64,000 nucleotides of DNA from NCBI RefSeq assembly GCF_006345805.1, contig NC_042997.1, positions 146,940,001 through 147,004,000 on the forward strand, written 5' to 3'. The notes under the pieces were generated by a model. That model had not been told where the DNA came from. It was given only the letters and a program-made list of their open reading frames with translations, and made no database searches. This DNA comes from Octopus sinensis. Its lineage: Eukaryota. Within the stretch, counting starts at the first letter, position 1. Each line of letters starts with the position of its first letter. The position numbers were made by a program, and so were the translations under genes. Positions 46,827-61,395 of this stretch are shown piece by piece.

Positions 46827-49199
46827 ATAAAAATGAAAAGTTTCAGATAATTTAGTCCTCCTACATATATACTATGTCTGAACAAAAGACAAAGTGGTCA
46901 AGATAGGAACGCCTTTGAGCACAGGTTTGCTCGATCAGTTCTAATCTAGGAATAATAATAAGAGCAACAACAACAATAACCACAACTGCCCTGCTCCTCC
47001 TCCTCATCATCATCACCACCACCACCATCATCATCATGATCATCATCATCACAACATCAACCACCATCTCCAACACCTCCACCACCATTGCGACTACGAC
47101 AACGACCATGACCACCACCGCCGCCTCCGCGACCGCCGTCATATTTTCTTTTATTTCTTCCTATAATCAATAACTAGTATTTGTAATTCTTGAGTTGACG
47201 TCGAATAGTGTTCATGGTAAGCAACAGATTTGTTTATACTGCTAATATTCAAATTAGAAATATCATAAGTAATTTTTAAAGTATTTTTTATTTTTGTTTT
47301 GAGGTTGAGCCAATATATATTCCGGTGTCTAGAATATTCCTTTCGGTATTTAGTTATAAATCAGTTGTCTCGCTGAAATATTTTCCCTGTCAAATATAAT
47401 TAACACAGCAATCTTTCAGGCCTTTTAGTTCTTATATTTCGAAATAAAAAAACCCAAAATTTTAGTTCTTAATCTGAGCTGGCAGAACCGTTAAAACGTT
47501 AGACAAAATCCCTAGGGACATTTCATCCGGTTCTTTACTTTCTGAGTTCAAATCCTGCTGAGCTTAACTTTGCATTTTATTCCTTCAGGTTTTGATAAAA
47601 TAAAGCACCAGTCCAGGACTGGAGTCGATGAAAATTACGGGCTTTGAATCCTGCAACGGATCGGCATTCCGTTCAGGAGAACAGAGACCCGGTAACCTGT
47701 CTTATGAGTCCTAGAGCTCGAGTGTAAAAAATTCTATGAAAAACAAAATTTAGTTCTTAAACAGTAAAGAGCAAAACAAAACAAAATCAGATATTAAGCT
47801 CTATGTAAAGAAATGGTAATTCCTTTCGTTATTCATTTGAAGTCACAATAGCATCACTGAATATCTAATAACAACAACAACAACTAAATATCCTTCAAAT
47901 CATACTTGACTGGCTTACGAAAGGAAGTTACACATTGGATTATGTTGACGTAGATCAATAAGCTGAGATGGTCGCGGTTGGATGCTTTTACTTTGTCGGA
48001 CTAAAGATGACAGTCTTTTCCCTTTTTCTTTCCGATGGTAATTTCCTTGTGCAGAAAATCTCCTTCAGATAAGAAAGGGGTACGAACCAGTAGATGATGC
48101 CTTGGAATACTGCCTTTTCTATTGGCGCATATAATACTGTATGCCATTGAAACCCTATCCTTGACTGACTCCCCTCAATGAACACAATATTTCGAGAGGG
48201 ATATCCGTGACCACAAACCCACACATTCAGCTCAAGTGAACTCCGAGTTTCGGTTATGTCCTCTACATAATTTCTTCAGTATATTTATGACTTATTTGCT
48301 GTCACTTCGAAAACAACTCCTACACAGATAATAGTCTTCACTCCTTAATCTTCCTTATATAGTTGTCATTCGCAATGCCTGATTATTCACTGAATCACAA
48401 CATTCTTCAAGGAGAATGTGGCGACTTAGTCTCCTTCAAAAGCAACAGCATCCTTTTATCTTTTACTTGTTTCAGTCATTGGACTGCAGCCATACTGGGC
48501 ATCGCATTGAAGGTTTCAATAAATAAAATCACCATCAATACTTATTTAATTAAAATTTGGTACTTATTCTATCGATGTCCCATGATCATATTCTAACACT
48601 ATTCATCACTAATTATCTAACAAACAAAGGATTTCGAGGGACCCACTGCAAGGCATTTTTCAAATGTTCTAACAATTCTGCCAATACACTGCAGAGGAGA
48701 TCTCCCAGATTGTTATATATGTAACAATATTAAAACGACTTCACAAAGACTAGTTTCTTCTTCCGGACCAGGAAACTCTACAACCCAGATCCATTTCAAA
48801 AACTTAATTAAGATCCACATTGGTGTACAGCTCACATATATGTATGTGTGCCACATACAAAATAATGCTGACACTTTGTCAGTTACAAAGACGAGTGTTC
48901 TAGTTGATCCGACCAACGGAACAGCTTGCTCGCAAGTGGATGAGCACTCCACAGGCACGGGTACCCTTAACATAGTTCTCAGAGAGATGCAGCGTGACAC
49001 AGAATGTGACAAGGCTGGCTCTTTGAATTATAGGTACAGCCCATTTTTCCAGCTGAGTGAACTGGAGCAACGGAAATAAAGTGTCTTGCTGCAGGACACA
49101 ACGCGAGGCTAGGTATTGAACTAACGACCTTACGATTGTGAGTCAAATACTCTAACCGCTAATCCACACGTTTTCACGCTACATAGAAAATATACTGCA

Positions 49200-49700
49200 T
49201 CTGAAAGAAGGCAGTGCGAAAGCAAGGCAAATATTAATTCACTGATACGCTACACCAATGGTTTCCAGCATTTCTGTAACCTCGCTGCCATATCATTTTA
49301 TGTTCAAGATACCAAGATACACAACGTACTTAATGGCATTTTCTGTCAGTTGTGTTATTCAAATTCAAGAACTCGTGACATCCTTACAACACCATACACC
49401 AAGTTTGGGAACCACTGCGGCAAAACCACAAGCTTATAGACACGCAGTTTATCTTCTCTACATTTACAATAGCCTCTTCTCTAAACATTTTGCATTACTC
49501 CAGGTTCATCGCTCACAAATCCTTCAATGCACCCGACTTCCCTCAACTCATCATCCTTGCTCTGTCGTAAATCCTACGTCCATCACCAAACATTTTCCAA
49601 AATCATTTTTCGCTTCAGAGCTGTAATTCGCTGGAATCAACTAACAACATCGATCTCATCAGTCAGGAATGATCTACAAAGGTGAAGGTTACATTTCCTT
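49200..49700 (+). mobile_element. Decayed CR1-like LINE 3' fragment
   Basis: ...LLYIYNSLFSKHFALL...CTRLPSTHHPCSVVNPTSITKHFPKSFF resembles the LFYRYYNG.CS..L...TRLSS..HP...T..Y..SFF C-terminus. Confidence 0.55.
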
Positions 49701-50697
49701 TCCTTTCTCTTAATTGGTTTCAAATTTTGGTACAAGGCTAGCAATTTCGAGGAAAGGTTAAGTCGATTAGACTGGTACTTATTTTATTGACCCCCAAAGT
49801 CAACTACAGCGGAATTTGAGCTTAAGACGTTAAGAAAGACGAAATGCTGCCAAGCATTTTGTCTGACGTGCTATCGATTCTGTTAGCTCGCCACCTTTTT
49901 CCTTACTCTTATTAAATAATAAAAACGAGTGTTAATTAATTTATTGGATATTTCAATTTGTGAACAATAACGTCTTTGCTAACAGGTTTCCGATGGCAAG
50001 AGAGTATCAGCAATTTCCTGCAGAACAAATGTATCAAAAGTTTTCTTTCATAAATCATGAGTTTTTCCGTTTTCTCGCTGGTGTCAATATTTTTCGCCAA
50101 TACATACACACACGCGCGCGCGCGCACACACAAACTAATATGACGGGCATCTGCACAGTTTCCAACAACCGAATTCCACGGACAATAATTAGTTAACTTG
50201 ACGCTAGAGTACAAGACGGATATTCAAGGCGTTGCACGGTGGTATCGAACCTGGAATAACGTGGTTATGAAGTGAACCTCTTACCTACACACTCATACTT
50301 GTACCTATATGTTGTATTACATAATTTTTCTGATATGGCGGGGAAGGCCCACCAAGGGTTTCCGTGAGAGGTGAAAAAGGATGGACACACTGTGGTGCTT
50401 GATAAAATTAAGATAGTTTCCAACTATTTGATATAGCGAAGAAAGAAGAATTATATGGAGGCAAACTTTGTTTTATATTTTCATTAAAAAAAAAAACTAG
50501 AAGTAGGAAAAATCTCTGGTGCAAAAATCTCACAAATATTTTGGTGAGAGTATTTCACCGAGGCTGACTTTGTCTTTCATCCTTTCGGGGTCGATAAAAT
50601 AAGTTGTGCACTGGGTTCGATGTAATCGACTAGCCCCTCCCTCGAAATTGCTGGCCTTGTGCCAAAATTTGAAACCTGTATTTGGGAGAGAGGAAAT

Positions 50698-51080
50698 GGC
50701 GGTGAGCTGGCAGAATCGTTAGCACGCTGAGTGAAATGCTTAGTGGTATTTCGTCTGCCGCTACGTTCTGAGTTCAAATTCCGCCGAGGTCGACTTTGCC
50801 TTTCATCCTTTCGGGGTCGATTAAATAAGTACCAGTTACGCACTGGGATCGATATAATCGACTTAATCCGTTTGTCTGTCCTTGTTTGTCCTCTCTGTGT
50901 TTAGCCCCTTGTGGGTAGTAAAGAAATAGGCATTTCGTCCGTCTTTATGATTTGAGTTCAAATGTTGCTGAGACTGATTTTGCCTTTTATCTTTTCGTGG
51001 TTGATAAAATAAGTACCAGCTGTGCATTGGGACCGATGTACTGGCATTGGAATTGCTGGCACTGGGACAAAATCTGAAAC
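50698..51080 (+). mobile_element. Old family B SINE carrying a young 184-bp unit (50745-50928)
   Basis: Old head ...aatgcttagt|ggtatttcg...aaagaaata|ggcatttcg then the old body resumes. Confidence 0.85.
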
Positions 51081-52197
51081 CGATATTTAGGAGGGGTACT
51101 TGTCAGTTTGAGAACTGCTGCTCTAATACAAGTTTGTCAGGATCCATCCTCGCCTTTGACTATAACCTCGTACCAATGGTACTCCTTTCTACTCTATTCT
51201 GGTACTCACAAATATTGTCCTTACATAAAGAAACTGATAAATATTTTTCTGTAACAGTCCTTGATCAAACGCGTTCAACCATAATCATTCCTTCTATTTT
51301 CAGATATAGTGTATCTTGGGTTACATTAATCAACGTGTCTTTCCATTTTTGTAACAACAGGTAGAGTGTGAGTTGAGGGAAATTTAGCTGTTATATCTAG
51401 CAGGTAGAGCGACAGCGTAGAAATTTTTTTAAAGTAAGGCTCCCAAACCTGTTTAAGTAATGATGTAAAATAACCCAGGATTCAAAGAAAACAAAGACCA
51501 TCTCAATTGCTTTTTAAAATGTTTCTTATAGGATATTAAAATCTAAATTTAAAAAAAAATCATGTATTAGATTAATTAATATCAATAAATATAATAAAAA
51601 AAAGTCAAATACGGTGATATAAAGAATAGCACAGAAGCGAAATTATTAAAACGGATTGATGAACTAAGGGATTCCATTCAAAACAACATCGCTTCAGATT
51701 TATGAAAAATAACGTTGCTTCATTTTTGATATAGCTACATCAAAGACAGAACCTTAAAATATCAGAGCAGCTTGGATGCTATTATCAATGTCAAACCAAT
51801 TTTTGTACTTTTCTTTTAAATAATAAGGATTATTATGGAGAAATAATAAAAAAGTTGGCAAAAATTATGGATCAATTTTCAATTTCATAAGAATTGTTAT
51901 GGATCAATTTTGAAGTTCATAAAGATTATTATGGATCAGTTTCCAAGATCACAGATTTTAGCATGGAGAAATAAAAACTGAAAGATGCTTACATGAAAAT
52001 AGCTGATAATAAAAATTAATAAAATGCATTAAAAACCTAACGGATTTTATTTAAAACAACTTTAGTTTAGATTTAGGGAAAAATGCTTTTTTAATTTTTG
52101 ATATAACATCAAAATTAGAAATATTTGATGTCAGAGCAATTGGGATGCTGTCTTCAGAGCCCAACGTGTTTCTGTACTTTGCTTTTTTAAGTCACAA

Positions 52198-53420
52198 ATG
52201 CTGAAAATCTTTCTACTCGAAGTCGTAGCAAAAGGTAGCAATATTTTCATCATATCTACAAGCATAGTTTTGAAGGTATTTTCAACTTTGACATTCAAAC
52301 GGAGAAGTAATCTGCCTTGTTCTGAAATTCCATGAATGGTTTTCCATTGTTGAGGCGAAGCCCAAGAAGTGCCTCTACCAATTCTGTAAATTACAGTCAG
52401 TTTACACCAACAATTTTACAGTTAAATAGATTCGTAACTCTGGATTTCGTATTCAGAGAATCACTGTTTGAATTTGATTAGATGCCTTCAGACATACTAG
52501 TTTTGAAACATAGCCATCTGTACACTTCCTGTACCTGTACATAAGCGTTGATCCGGATACAGAAATCTTTTCACTTGCAAAAAATGGCATTGATAAATTC
52601 TTGCTTGCAATTTCTTCTTCGATGCATTAACATACCGGAAGATATCAACTAAACATGAGAAATGTGCCAATCAAATGGAGATATTGAATTTATTTTCAAT
52701 GGTATGTTTTCGTCTTAGTTAAAAGTTTTGAATTCAGTTGTGATACCCCAAGCTCTATTAGGAACATCACATGGAAACCACTTAGCTTTAAGTGAATATT
52801 GAACCCCCCTCATAAATCACGAGGCAGCCGTCACGTTTATAGTGAATCCTCTTTGACAGCGTTGCAAATCTTAATCACACCATTCACGACAGCCTCCAAT
52901 TAGGTTGCAACTGCCCCATAACCAATACTTGGCAGTAGCTCACACATTGAGTAACTTGAACTTTAGAATAATGTTTTTTTTTGTCAAATTTATAAAACTC
53001 TGCATGACCTAATGGTTGTAGGTCTATTAACAGACACACTGTCACATCAACCCTTGCATGTTGAAATATGTTTTAGCCTTGTTAAAGGCATTAAATCCAC
53101 AATGTTTCAATGCAAATAGAGAACAGAACATTTGTTCTTCAAATATGTGAGAATCCCTCTAACGAACATATACCATCACTTGTGAATTGTTATTAGCATT
53201 TATGGTTCCTCATAAATTTGTATAGCACAATAATTAATTGAAGAAATCGCATGATCTCTCAAATTTTCTACTATAATAGAAATTTGCTCATTTACAACTT
53301 TTGTAGATACGAATCTCTTCTTACAAATTACACGGCTTCTTTCTTTTCACAGATGGTCTCAGCTGCAAATTTAACCAACTCTTCTGCAACAGTGAATGGA
53401 GTTTCTTTTCAGGGAACCAA
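52198..53420 (-). pseudogene. Degraded hAT (Buster/ZBED8-like) transposase
   Basis: In order on the minus strand: KETPFTVAEELVKFAA, NSQVMVYVR*...FEEQMFC, CLVDIFRYVN...KLQA, KILLPFATT; many stops and frameshifts. Confidence 0.78.
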
Positions 53421-54939
53421 AGTTATGGATTAACAGTTACTACTCTTGAAGACCTGAGTTCAAATTTAGTTCAGATCGATTTTATGTTTCAGGTTACTTG
53501 TGACGTCTCTCATGAGAGCTACTGGTAACATGGAATCCAGTATGACCTGTTGCACGGTCGGGTCATTGGTGACTTAACCAGAACTCCCATTAGGCTTGTT
53601 TGGTGAAGAGGGTTGCTAGAAACCCAGTAGGACAAAAAAAAAAAAAACCTGGCAAAAGGTTGGATTAACCTGGTGTAGGCTCATCGACTATCTAGCAATA
53701 GTATGAGCCCTAAGAAATTCTGGGTTGATGTCCGATGTACTGGAAGACCACTGAGATTGAGGTATCTCTTAGCTTTTGTTAAAGTATGTCTCTAGAACCC
53801 ATTTCAAATCAAGGCTACGACTGCTCCGATAATCGGCGGTGACTTGGTTAGCGAATTCTTTGCGGCATGATGTACTGCTGCGGATCACATTATCCCAAAG
53901 TATGTATGCTTGTGATCAGGGACCACATGTGAACTTGCATTCCAACTGAAAGTCCGAATATTGTCGGAGCCGGCTCAACTCATCATAGGTAGATGCCGTC
54001 GCAAGTATAAGTACAACTTCTGGCGACGAATTGGCAGAGTCATTAAAACACCGGATAGAACGATTGAACGCCTAGCGATGTTCATTCCCACTCTCTTTGC
54101 CTTTCATCCTTCGTTATCGATATTTAAAGTAACAACATTGAGGTTGATTCTTCTCTCTTTCTCTCTCTCTTTTCTGAAAGAAATCGGTTGTGTTTAGATG
54201 TAGAGACATCATCTGTCACTCAATCAGGAGTTGAGGGCAGAAAAAAAGGAAGGAAGGAAAGCTAACCCTTGGTTCTGAGCATTGATGCGGCTTTCTTATC
54301 TCATTCTAATGTTTACCTTTTGAACGTTATTTCCAAAGTCTCAAAGTATTCCTGTTGTTTGGACGAGAGACGTGTGTGTAAAATGTCAAAGTGTTTCTGT
54401 AGTTGATTCTTTTTGAAAGACTCTGAAGTCAGAACATTCAGACAGACAACACGTTGTGGCTTTTATTTGTTCTCTCTCTCTCCTGTATTTCTGTGAAGCC
54501 ATAGTTAATGAACTCTGCTTGGTATTTCCTTTTGCTGATTGATGTCATCACTTTTCAAAAAAAGTTCAGAGCCAATTGATAAATTTTTAAAAATATTAAT
54601 AATGTTAAATTTTTTAGTTGAAATTATTAGTAAAAAAAATATTTGAAATCACACACACACACACAAACAAACAAATGGAACAAGACATGAAAAAAGTATA
54701 ACATGAGCGATTCATTATTGAATTTATAATTATCATTCATGTAAAAATAAATTTTAAAATACAAACAATATAAAAGTATAGGCATAGTTATGTGGTTAAG
54801 AAATTGGCTTCCGAACTTCATGATTCCGAGTTCAATCCTATTATGCTTCACTTTGGGCAAGTGTCTTCCACTATAACCCCAGTCAGACCAATACCTTCTG
54901 AACGAATTTGTTTGACGGAAACTGAGAAGAAGCCCGTTG

Positions 54940-55028
<89 letters not shown>
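54940..55028. repeat. (ATCT)n microsatellite inside a family A SINE
   Basis: Direct reading. Confidence 0.95.
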
Positions 55029-56617
55029 GTGTGTGTGTGTGCGCGTGTGTTTGTCCTTATATCATTTGACAACTGGTGTTGGGGTTTAATAACTCCGTAC
55101 TTCAGCAGTTTGGCAAAAGAAACATGATAAATACACTTACATAAAGTATGTATTGGGAGCAATTTGTTCGACAAACCTTTTACGGTGGCGCCCACAACGG
55201 CCACTGCCACCAATGACTGAAACGAGAATACATACATAGAAATTTCGTCACGTAATATTTATGTCCTGTGTTTGATTCTTCGCTTTCCATCTATCTGTTT
55301 GTCTATCTTTCTCCTTCTGAAAGAAATTTACTGTGGGTCGAACTGGAGGATGAACTCTATCAAGTCTAAAAATTTCCATTATATACAATATATCACAACG
55401 ATTCTATTAGGAACTGAAGGAGCAAAGCAAGGCGCATTTATGAACAAATGAAAACTGAGACGAAATATTTCAATATTTAGTTTCAGTTGCTGTCAGAACT
55501 GGTAAAGTATTTTCACTGAGTCTTGATTTATTACGTTAAATTGTATCTGTTACTTGTTTTAGTTATTAGATTGCGGCTATGCTGGAATACAGCCTTAAAG
55601 AATTTTTAGTTGAATAATGAATCCACTTTGGTACTTAATTCTTAAAGCTTGGTACTTATTATATCAGACTCTTTTGTCGAACCGTTAAGTTCCTAGGACG
55701 TAAACGCATTAACACCGGTTGTCAAGCGGTGATGGGATACACAAACAGACACAAATACACACACACGTACACACACACACATGATAAGCTCTTTAAACTT
55801 TCGTCTACCAAATCCACTCACAAGGCTTTGGTCGACCCGAGGTGTATCGCAGTGGGACTGAACCCGGAGCCTTGTGGTTGGGGACCAAGCTTCTTACCAC
55901 ACAGCCATTCATGCGCCTATGAAGAAATCTGATGAACTTTAGCATTTAATATTTAATTATTTGCTCCTGTGCTAATGAAAGATGTTTTATTTGATAATTT
56001 TTTCTTTGAAAAGTCCTTGAATTTTTATATACTGTTACATGACACCTTTACCTTTTATAGAAACAATAAAAATATGACTTAAAAATATTTGTCATATACA
56101 ATACAATTAACATACACTTTTAATAGATTTGTAAAACTCATAACCCTTTTTTTACTAAAAGAAAAAAAATCATACTTCTTCATTGATTTCGACATTTTTT
56201 CAGAGAACTTTGCCACAAAATAACCAGCGAACTTTTGTGTGAGATAGATTTTAAAGCTGGTTTCTCATTTAATTAGAAATTGGTTTAAATACTATATTAT
56301 TTAGAATTAAAACCATTCATTTTTAATTTAATTATATAATTCTAGCGACTAAAAAAATACGTAAATTTTAAAGTTTGGATTTAATTAAATCTATAACTTA
56401 AAATATAACCGAAAGATAAATTGAAAAAATAAATTAAAATAATCTTTGATTTAAATTATCAAAGACTCCATTTAATTTCACCCGTCCCCCCCAAAAAAAC
56501 AACAAAAAAAAACGAACGATGAAATTTAAACGTTTAAAACATTTTTTAATGAATGAAAAATACATACGTACGTGCATAAGAGCACACACACACACACCAC
56601 ACACACACACACACACA

Positions 56618-56648
<31 letters not shown>

Positions 56649-57236
56649 AAGTAAAATTGAAATAATTAAGCAACCGATTACAATATTTTTTTAAGATTCG
56701 TAACAAAAGGTGGGCAAAGAACAATAATAAATTACGATATTTATGGACAGAGTTCTTGGTTCATTTTTACGAATTGCCTTGGGTAAACCATGTAAATTAT
56801 CTAATGAATCTACAAATGTGTGCACCTTATTTTAGGAGCTTCTGATATGTCTTATATTTGTTTATAACAAAACATTGGAAAAGTAAATCATGCTTATTTA
56901 CTTTAAAGTGTTGTGCCCTTTTTAAAACGTAAAAATCAAAATCAAAAGTTACATCCCTTTCAATTTGCTACCACGTGAATGCAGAAATCCACAAACGTGA
57001 GCACCATATTTCGAAAGTTTCTGATATACTTTTATCTATTCATAGCAAAACATAAAGAATATATTGTGCTTTTATCCACAATGGAGACGAACACCATTCC
57101 TCCATGTGATCGGCTTGAAAAATTGTTAAGATATTAAGATATTTTTCTTAACATGAAACCAATGCTAGCCTCAATACACAAATAAAGAAATTCTATTCAC
57201 CAATGCGGTGTTGAGCACTCATTTTCATCGTTCAAC

Positions 57237-57239
<3 letters not shown>

Positions 57240-57274
<35 letters not shown>

Positions 57275-57419
57275 TCTCTCTCTTTATTTCATCGTTTTCC
57301 TTTCTGTTGAAGAGCGTAGGCTTAAAACGTAAAAGACTTTCTCACCTTCCCGAGCGTCAAATTAATACACCTGCTTGTTGTTTATACACCTGTATTCATC
57401 TTTTTTTTCTGTAAATTTC

Positions 57420-57469
<50 letters not shown>

Positions 57470-57541
57470 GTGGTACAACAATGCTCCAATATTTACTGGA
57501 AATAATAGCGTTACTGGCTATAATAGCGTTACACACACACA

Positions 57542-57584
<43 letters not shown>

Positions 57585-57852
57585 ACACACATATATAAAG
57601 GGGTTTGTATGATTGTGTAAAGAGGGATAGATATTATTCAAAGAAATTCCAACTCTGTCTGTTTTTTATGTTTTATTTATATTCTTTATAATATCAATGT
57701 AGAATATAGAATATATAGTATAAATAATATATATATAGTAAAATGAAAGGAAGTATTGAATAGATGAAATATTGAATATAAAATATTAAGGGACTAGTAT
57801 ACTTTCTTGCATTATAGCAGTCTTCAAGGTCCCAGGTTGTGACAGGAGTGTT

Positions 57853-57938
<86 letters not shown>

Positions 57939-57942
57939 TATA
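57240..57942. repeat. Cluster of (TA)n, (CA)n and (CT)n(AT)n microsatellites
   Basis: 57240-57271, 57423-57463, 57533-57590 and 57858-57942. Confidence 0.93.
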
Positions 57943-58035
57943 TAATTAATAATAATATACATATGTATATAATTATATTAAGGGAGCAAGGGCGAAAACA
58001 ACCTATCTTCAGCATGCTTGAAGTGCTGATACATT

Positions 58036-58585
58036 AAAAAAACTACCGAAAACTCCAGGTAAATATACATATGGCTGAAACCGGGGTAGTGAAAAAATAT
58101 CAAAAAACCTCACGTTAATTGGGAATTGGTTCTAATTTCTGGATTGAAGCAAAAAAAAAAAAGCTTTCTTCCTTCGTTAACACTATACACGGGGAAATAT
58201 AAAATCATATAACTGTACATACCGTACAAAGCAGGTTCACATATCTATATACAAATATTTGCAACTATAGATCCAAGGTAAGTCAATTTTGAATCCCCTC
58301 ACAACAGCCAACGTGTATATTACAAGAATAGCCAGGCAGTAAATGCAAGGATAAAAATCACGTTAATGATTTTTATTAGGTAGTCAGCATGCTATAAAAA
58401 TTTATAGGCAATTTATACATTAAATTAACAATTTATATTTCCCCGTGTATTGTATTAACGAAGGAAGAAAGCTTTAATCCAGAAATTGGAACCAATTCAC
58501 AATTAAAGTGAGGTATTTTTAATATTATTTCACTATCCCACTTTCAACGATGCGTTTATTTATCTGGAGTTTTTGGTAGATTTTT
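58036..58585. mobile_element. Foldback/MITE with about 165-bp imperfect terminal inverted repeats
   Basis: Left arm 58036-58203 (ctaccgaaaactccaggtaaat...aagctttcttccttcgttaacactatacacggggaaatataaa) mirrors 58432-58585. Confidence 0.82.
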
Positions 58586-59095
58586 GAAGGTATATATATA
58601 TATAAATGTATGTATGTATATATGTATATACATGGGGGACATAGAAATAATCGGACTGAATACCCGATCGCGCGGTTAAACCATTGGAAGTGAAGGACTC
58701 CTAGCCTTTGTTAGGGCATCCTTCTAGGAGAAGGTAACTCAGGTAACTGGGATAACTCCGACATAAATCTGCGGCTCAGTGGTTACCGATGATGTTGACT
58801 TGTTCTTCTTTTCGGATTATGGCTGCTGTTGCTTAGTGAGTAGGATTGACTCAGTGCACAGCCTTTCCTCACTTAAAAAAATCTTCTTGCACAGGCATTG
58901 CACGATAACAACATTGTTCATGATTGTTGATGGTGCTGTGAGTCTCAACTGAATGGCTGGCTGTAGCCTTAAAAAGCAAATAAAAGTCACATTCGATCAC
59001 AGCACCAATAACAGTTAAGCCTCGTGCAATGGTCATACTCAATAACGAGGGGGCAGCCATCATCATTTATGTATGTATGTATGTATGTATGTATG

Positions 59096-59128
<33 letters not shown>

Positions 59129-59204
59129 GTATCTTACCTACTTTCTCTTATACGAGCAAAGCCATTGCTAGAAAGAATCATCACTGAAATGAGTCATTGT
59201 TGAT

Positions 59205-59361
59205 GAAATGTGAGATCTTTTACAGGGCTTAGAAAAACTGAAGGACTGCTGCAATAAGTGTGTGGATCTGGGAGGGAAATATGTTGAATAAAATCATAAT
59301 TAACTGATCCTCTGGTATTTTCTTTTACCCAAGGTCAGGAACTTTTCAGCATCCCCTCATA
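59205..59361 (+). mobile_element. mariner 3' end relic
   Basis: GLEKLKDCCNKCVDLGGKYVE* followed by a TIR-like aacttttcagcatcccctcata. Confidence 0.75.
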
Positions 59362-59418
59362 CACACACACAACTTTAGGACGAAAAAAAAGCACATAGAA
59401 ATGAAAACGAAAATTTGG

Positions 59419-60633
59419 AAACAGGATTGAGGCTAATATTAAAAACTGAACTCAATTTTCAGTGAAAACAGCTATAAATCCGCTAGCCATACCGATTATA
59501 AATCATAGATAAATCACACCTCCAGTATAATAAACGGGAGGTTAAATGAGTTGGAAAGTTTAGACTGGACAACTAGGAAGCTACTGGCTGTGTATGTAAG
59601 GAAACCATGAGCTCAATGTAGATATTTGTGGTCTGACACAAATAGAAAACCATTATTAATTAATAATAGCCGAACCTGGTAAAATACTTAGGAACAAACT
59701 GTGAAAGACTGGTGAACGCAATTAAGAAATACAGAAAAAAACAAGAACTTTTCTCTATATAGAAGGAAGCGATAAATTACAAAACAAACACAAACGACAT
59801 TGTAACAATAAATTTTAGATAACACTGCAACAGAGCTGGTTAAGGAGACACAAAGAAAGCAACAACAACACGAAACAGTATTACAAAATATACTAAAGAT
59901 GAAATACAGAGATAAACTACTCCACGGCAAGTTACTCCCAGCAAGGCTCGAGAGCGACGAAATACGCCAAAGTGAAAGACTCATAAGCTCCGGACTAAAA
60001 GCAGTAACTTAAGGACTGATTGTCACCGCGAAAGAACAATGGCTGATCACACACAATTATAAGAACAAAATATGGAACCCAACACCAAATGTAAAATGTA
60101 CAACTAACACAATGAAACGGTTGATCGCACCATTTCCAACAGTCCTGTCTTTGCAAAATCTAAATATATACACAGATATGACTGAGGGGATGGTTATATC
60201 CACCGGGCAATATGTGCACACTTCGAAGTGAAAACACAATTTATGGTATAAACATGTACCAAGCACAGTACATGGCAACGACCTGAGCACAACTATCTAT
60301 TATAAGCCTGCTCACATTGCTTAAAAGTATCCAGACGTCATCACCGAGGGCTAGAAAGAAAAGACATACATACGGATAGGCATAACAATCTCTTCTACAA
60401 AAATATTGCATGAAAAAATGCTGAAAAAATGTCAAAATGTGATCTCGAAATCAAAATATTAGAGACGTGGAACATGAAGGTGAAAAGAGTACCAATAACT
60501 TAATTGGAGTGTATGATAAAAGAATACAGAAAGAAAACACAGAAGCCATATCAGGGTTGAAAACATTATACACTGTTCCAAAATAGCTCTGGCAGGAACA
60601 GCCCACATTCTGTACAAGATATCATTAATTTAA
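59419..60633 (+). mobile_element. Decayed R4/Dong-like (RLE-type) non-LTR retrotransposon
   Basis: RLILKTELN...LDWTTRKLL...GLIVTAKEQWLITHNY...ETVDRTIS...WYKHVP...YPDVI...DLEIKILETWNMK. Confidence 0.72.
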
Positions 60634-61336
60634 TAGCGCAGCTAAAATAGAAGTCTTCACAGACAGAACAAACGCTATCCAATTAGCACCCAATAAAATA
60701 TAACAGCAGATCAAACATATACTCTACAAAATTAATGCCCACTAAAAATAATAATTCACATGACACACACCACACACTACTGGGAAACCTCACTAACAAA
60801 ACGAACTGATGTAGTACACAAGCTGGAAAAATCTTCACTCCCTCATCCTCCATATAAAGAAGACTATACGATACAGTACACAGGAACATAGAGGTTCACT
60901 AGGAGGTGTAGCTGAAACTTGAATGAAACCAGCGAAGAGGCAACAACAACCATAATAATGCTTTCAAATTTTGGCACAAGGCCAGCAACTTCGGGATGGG
61001 GCTAAGTCTGACATAGCGACTTGAGTGCTCAACTAGTATTTATTTTATCTAAGCCGAAAGTCAACTTCGGCGGAATTTGAACTCAGAATATGCAGAGAAA
61101 CGAAATGCCGCTGAGCATTTTGCCCGACGTGCTAGCGATTCTGCCAGCACGCCGCCTATACAATTCTTAATACTTCTTTCTACAAAAGACACAAGGTGCT
61201 TAATTTATCGACCACTAAATGAGGGAAGGCAAAGTCGATCTGGGCAGAATTTAAACTCAGAATGTAAAGTCGGACGAAATGCCGCTAAGCATTCTGCTCG
61301 GCGTGCTAATGATTCTGCCAGCTCGCCGCCTTATAT

Positions 61337-61395
<59 letters not shown>

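Noticed and set aside
47950-48300. GC-balanced stretch with a 78-aa ORF
   Set aside because: No motif is recognised in any frame; it may be an old transposon relic but this is unsupported.
53540-54060. Possible LINE 5' UTR / endonuclease start (KVRILSEPAQL)
   Set aside because: Similarity to the NVRTL motif is too weak to call without alignment.
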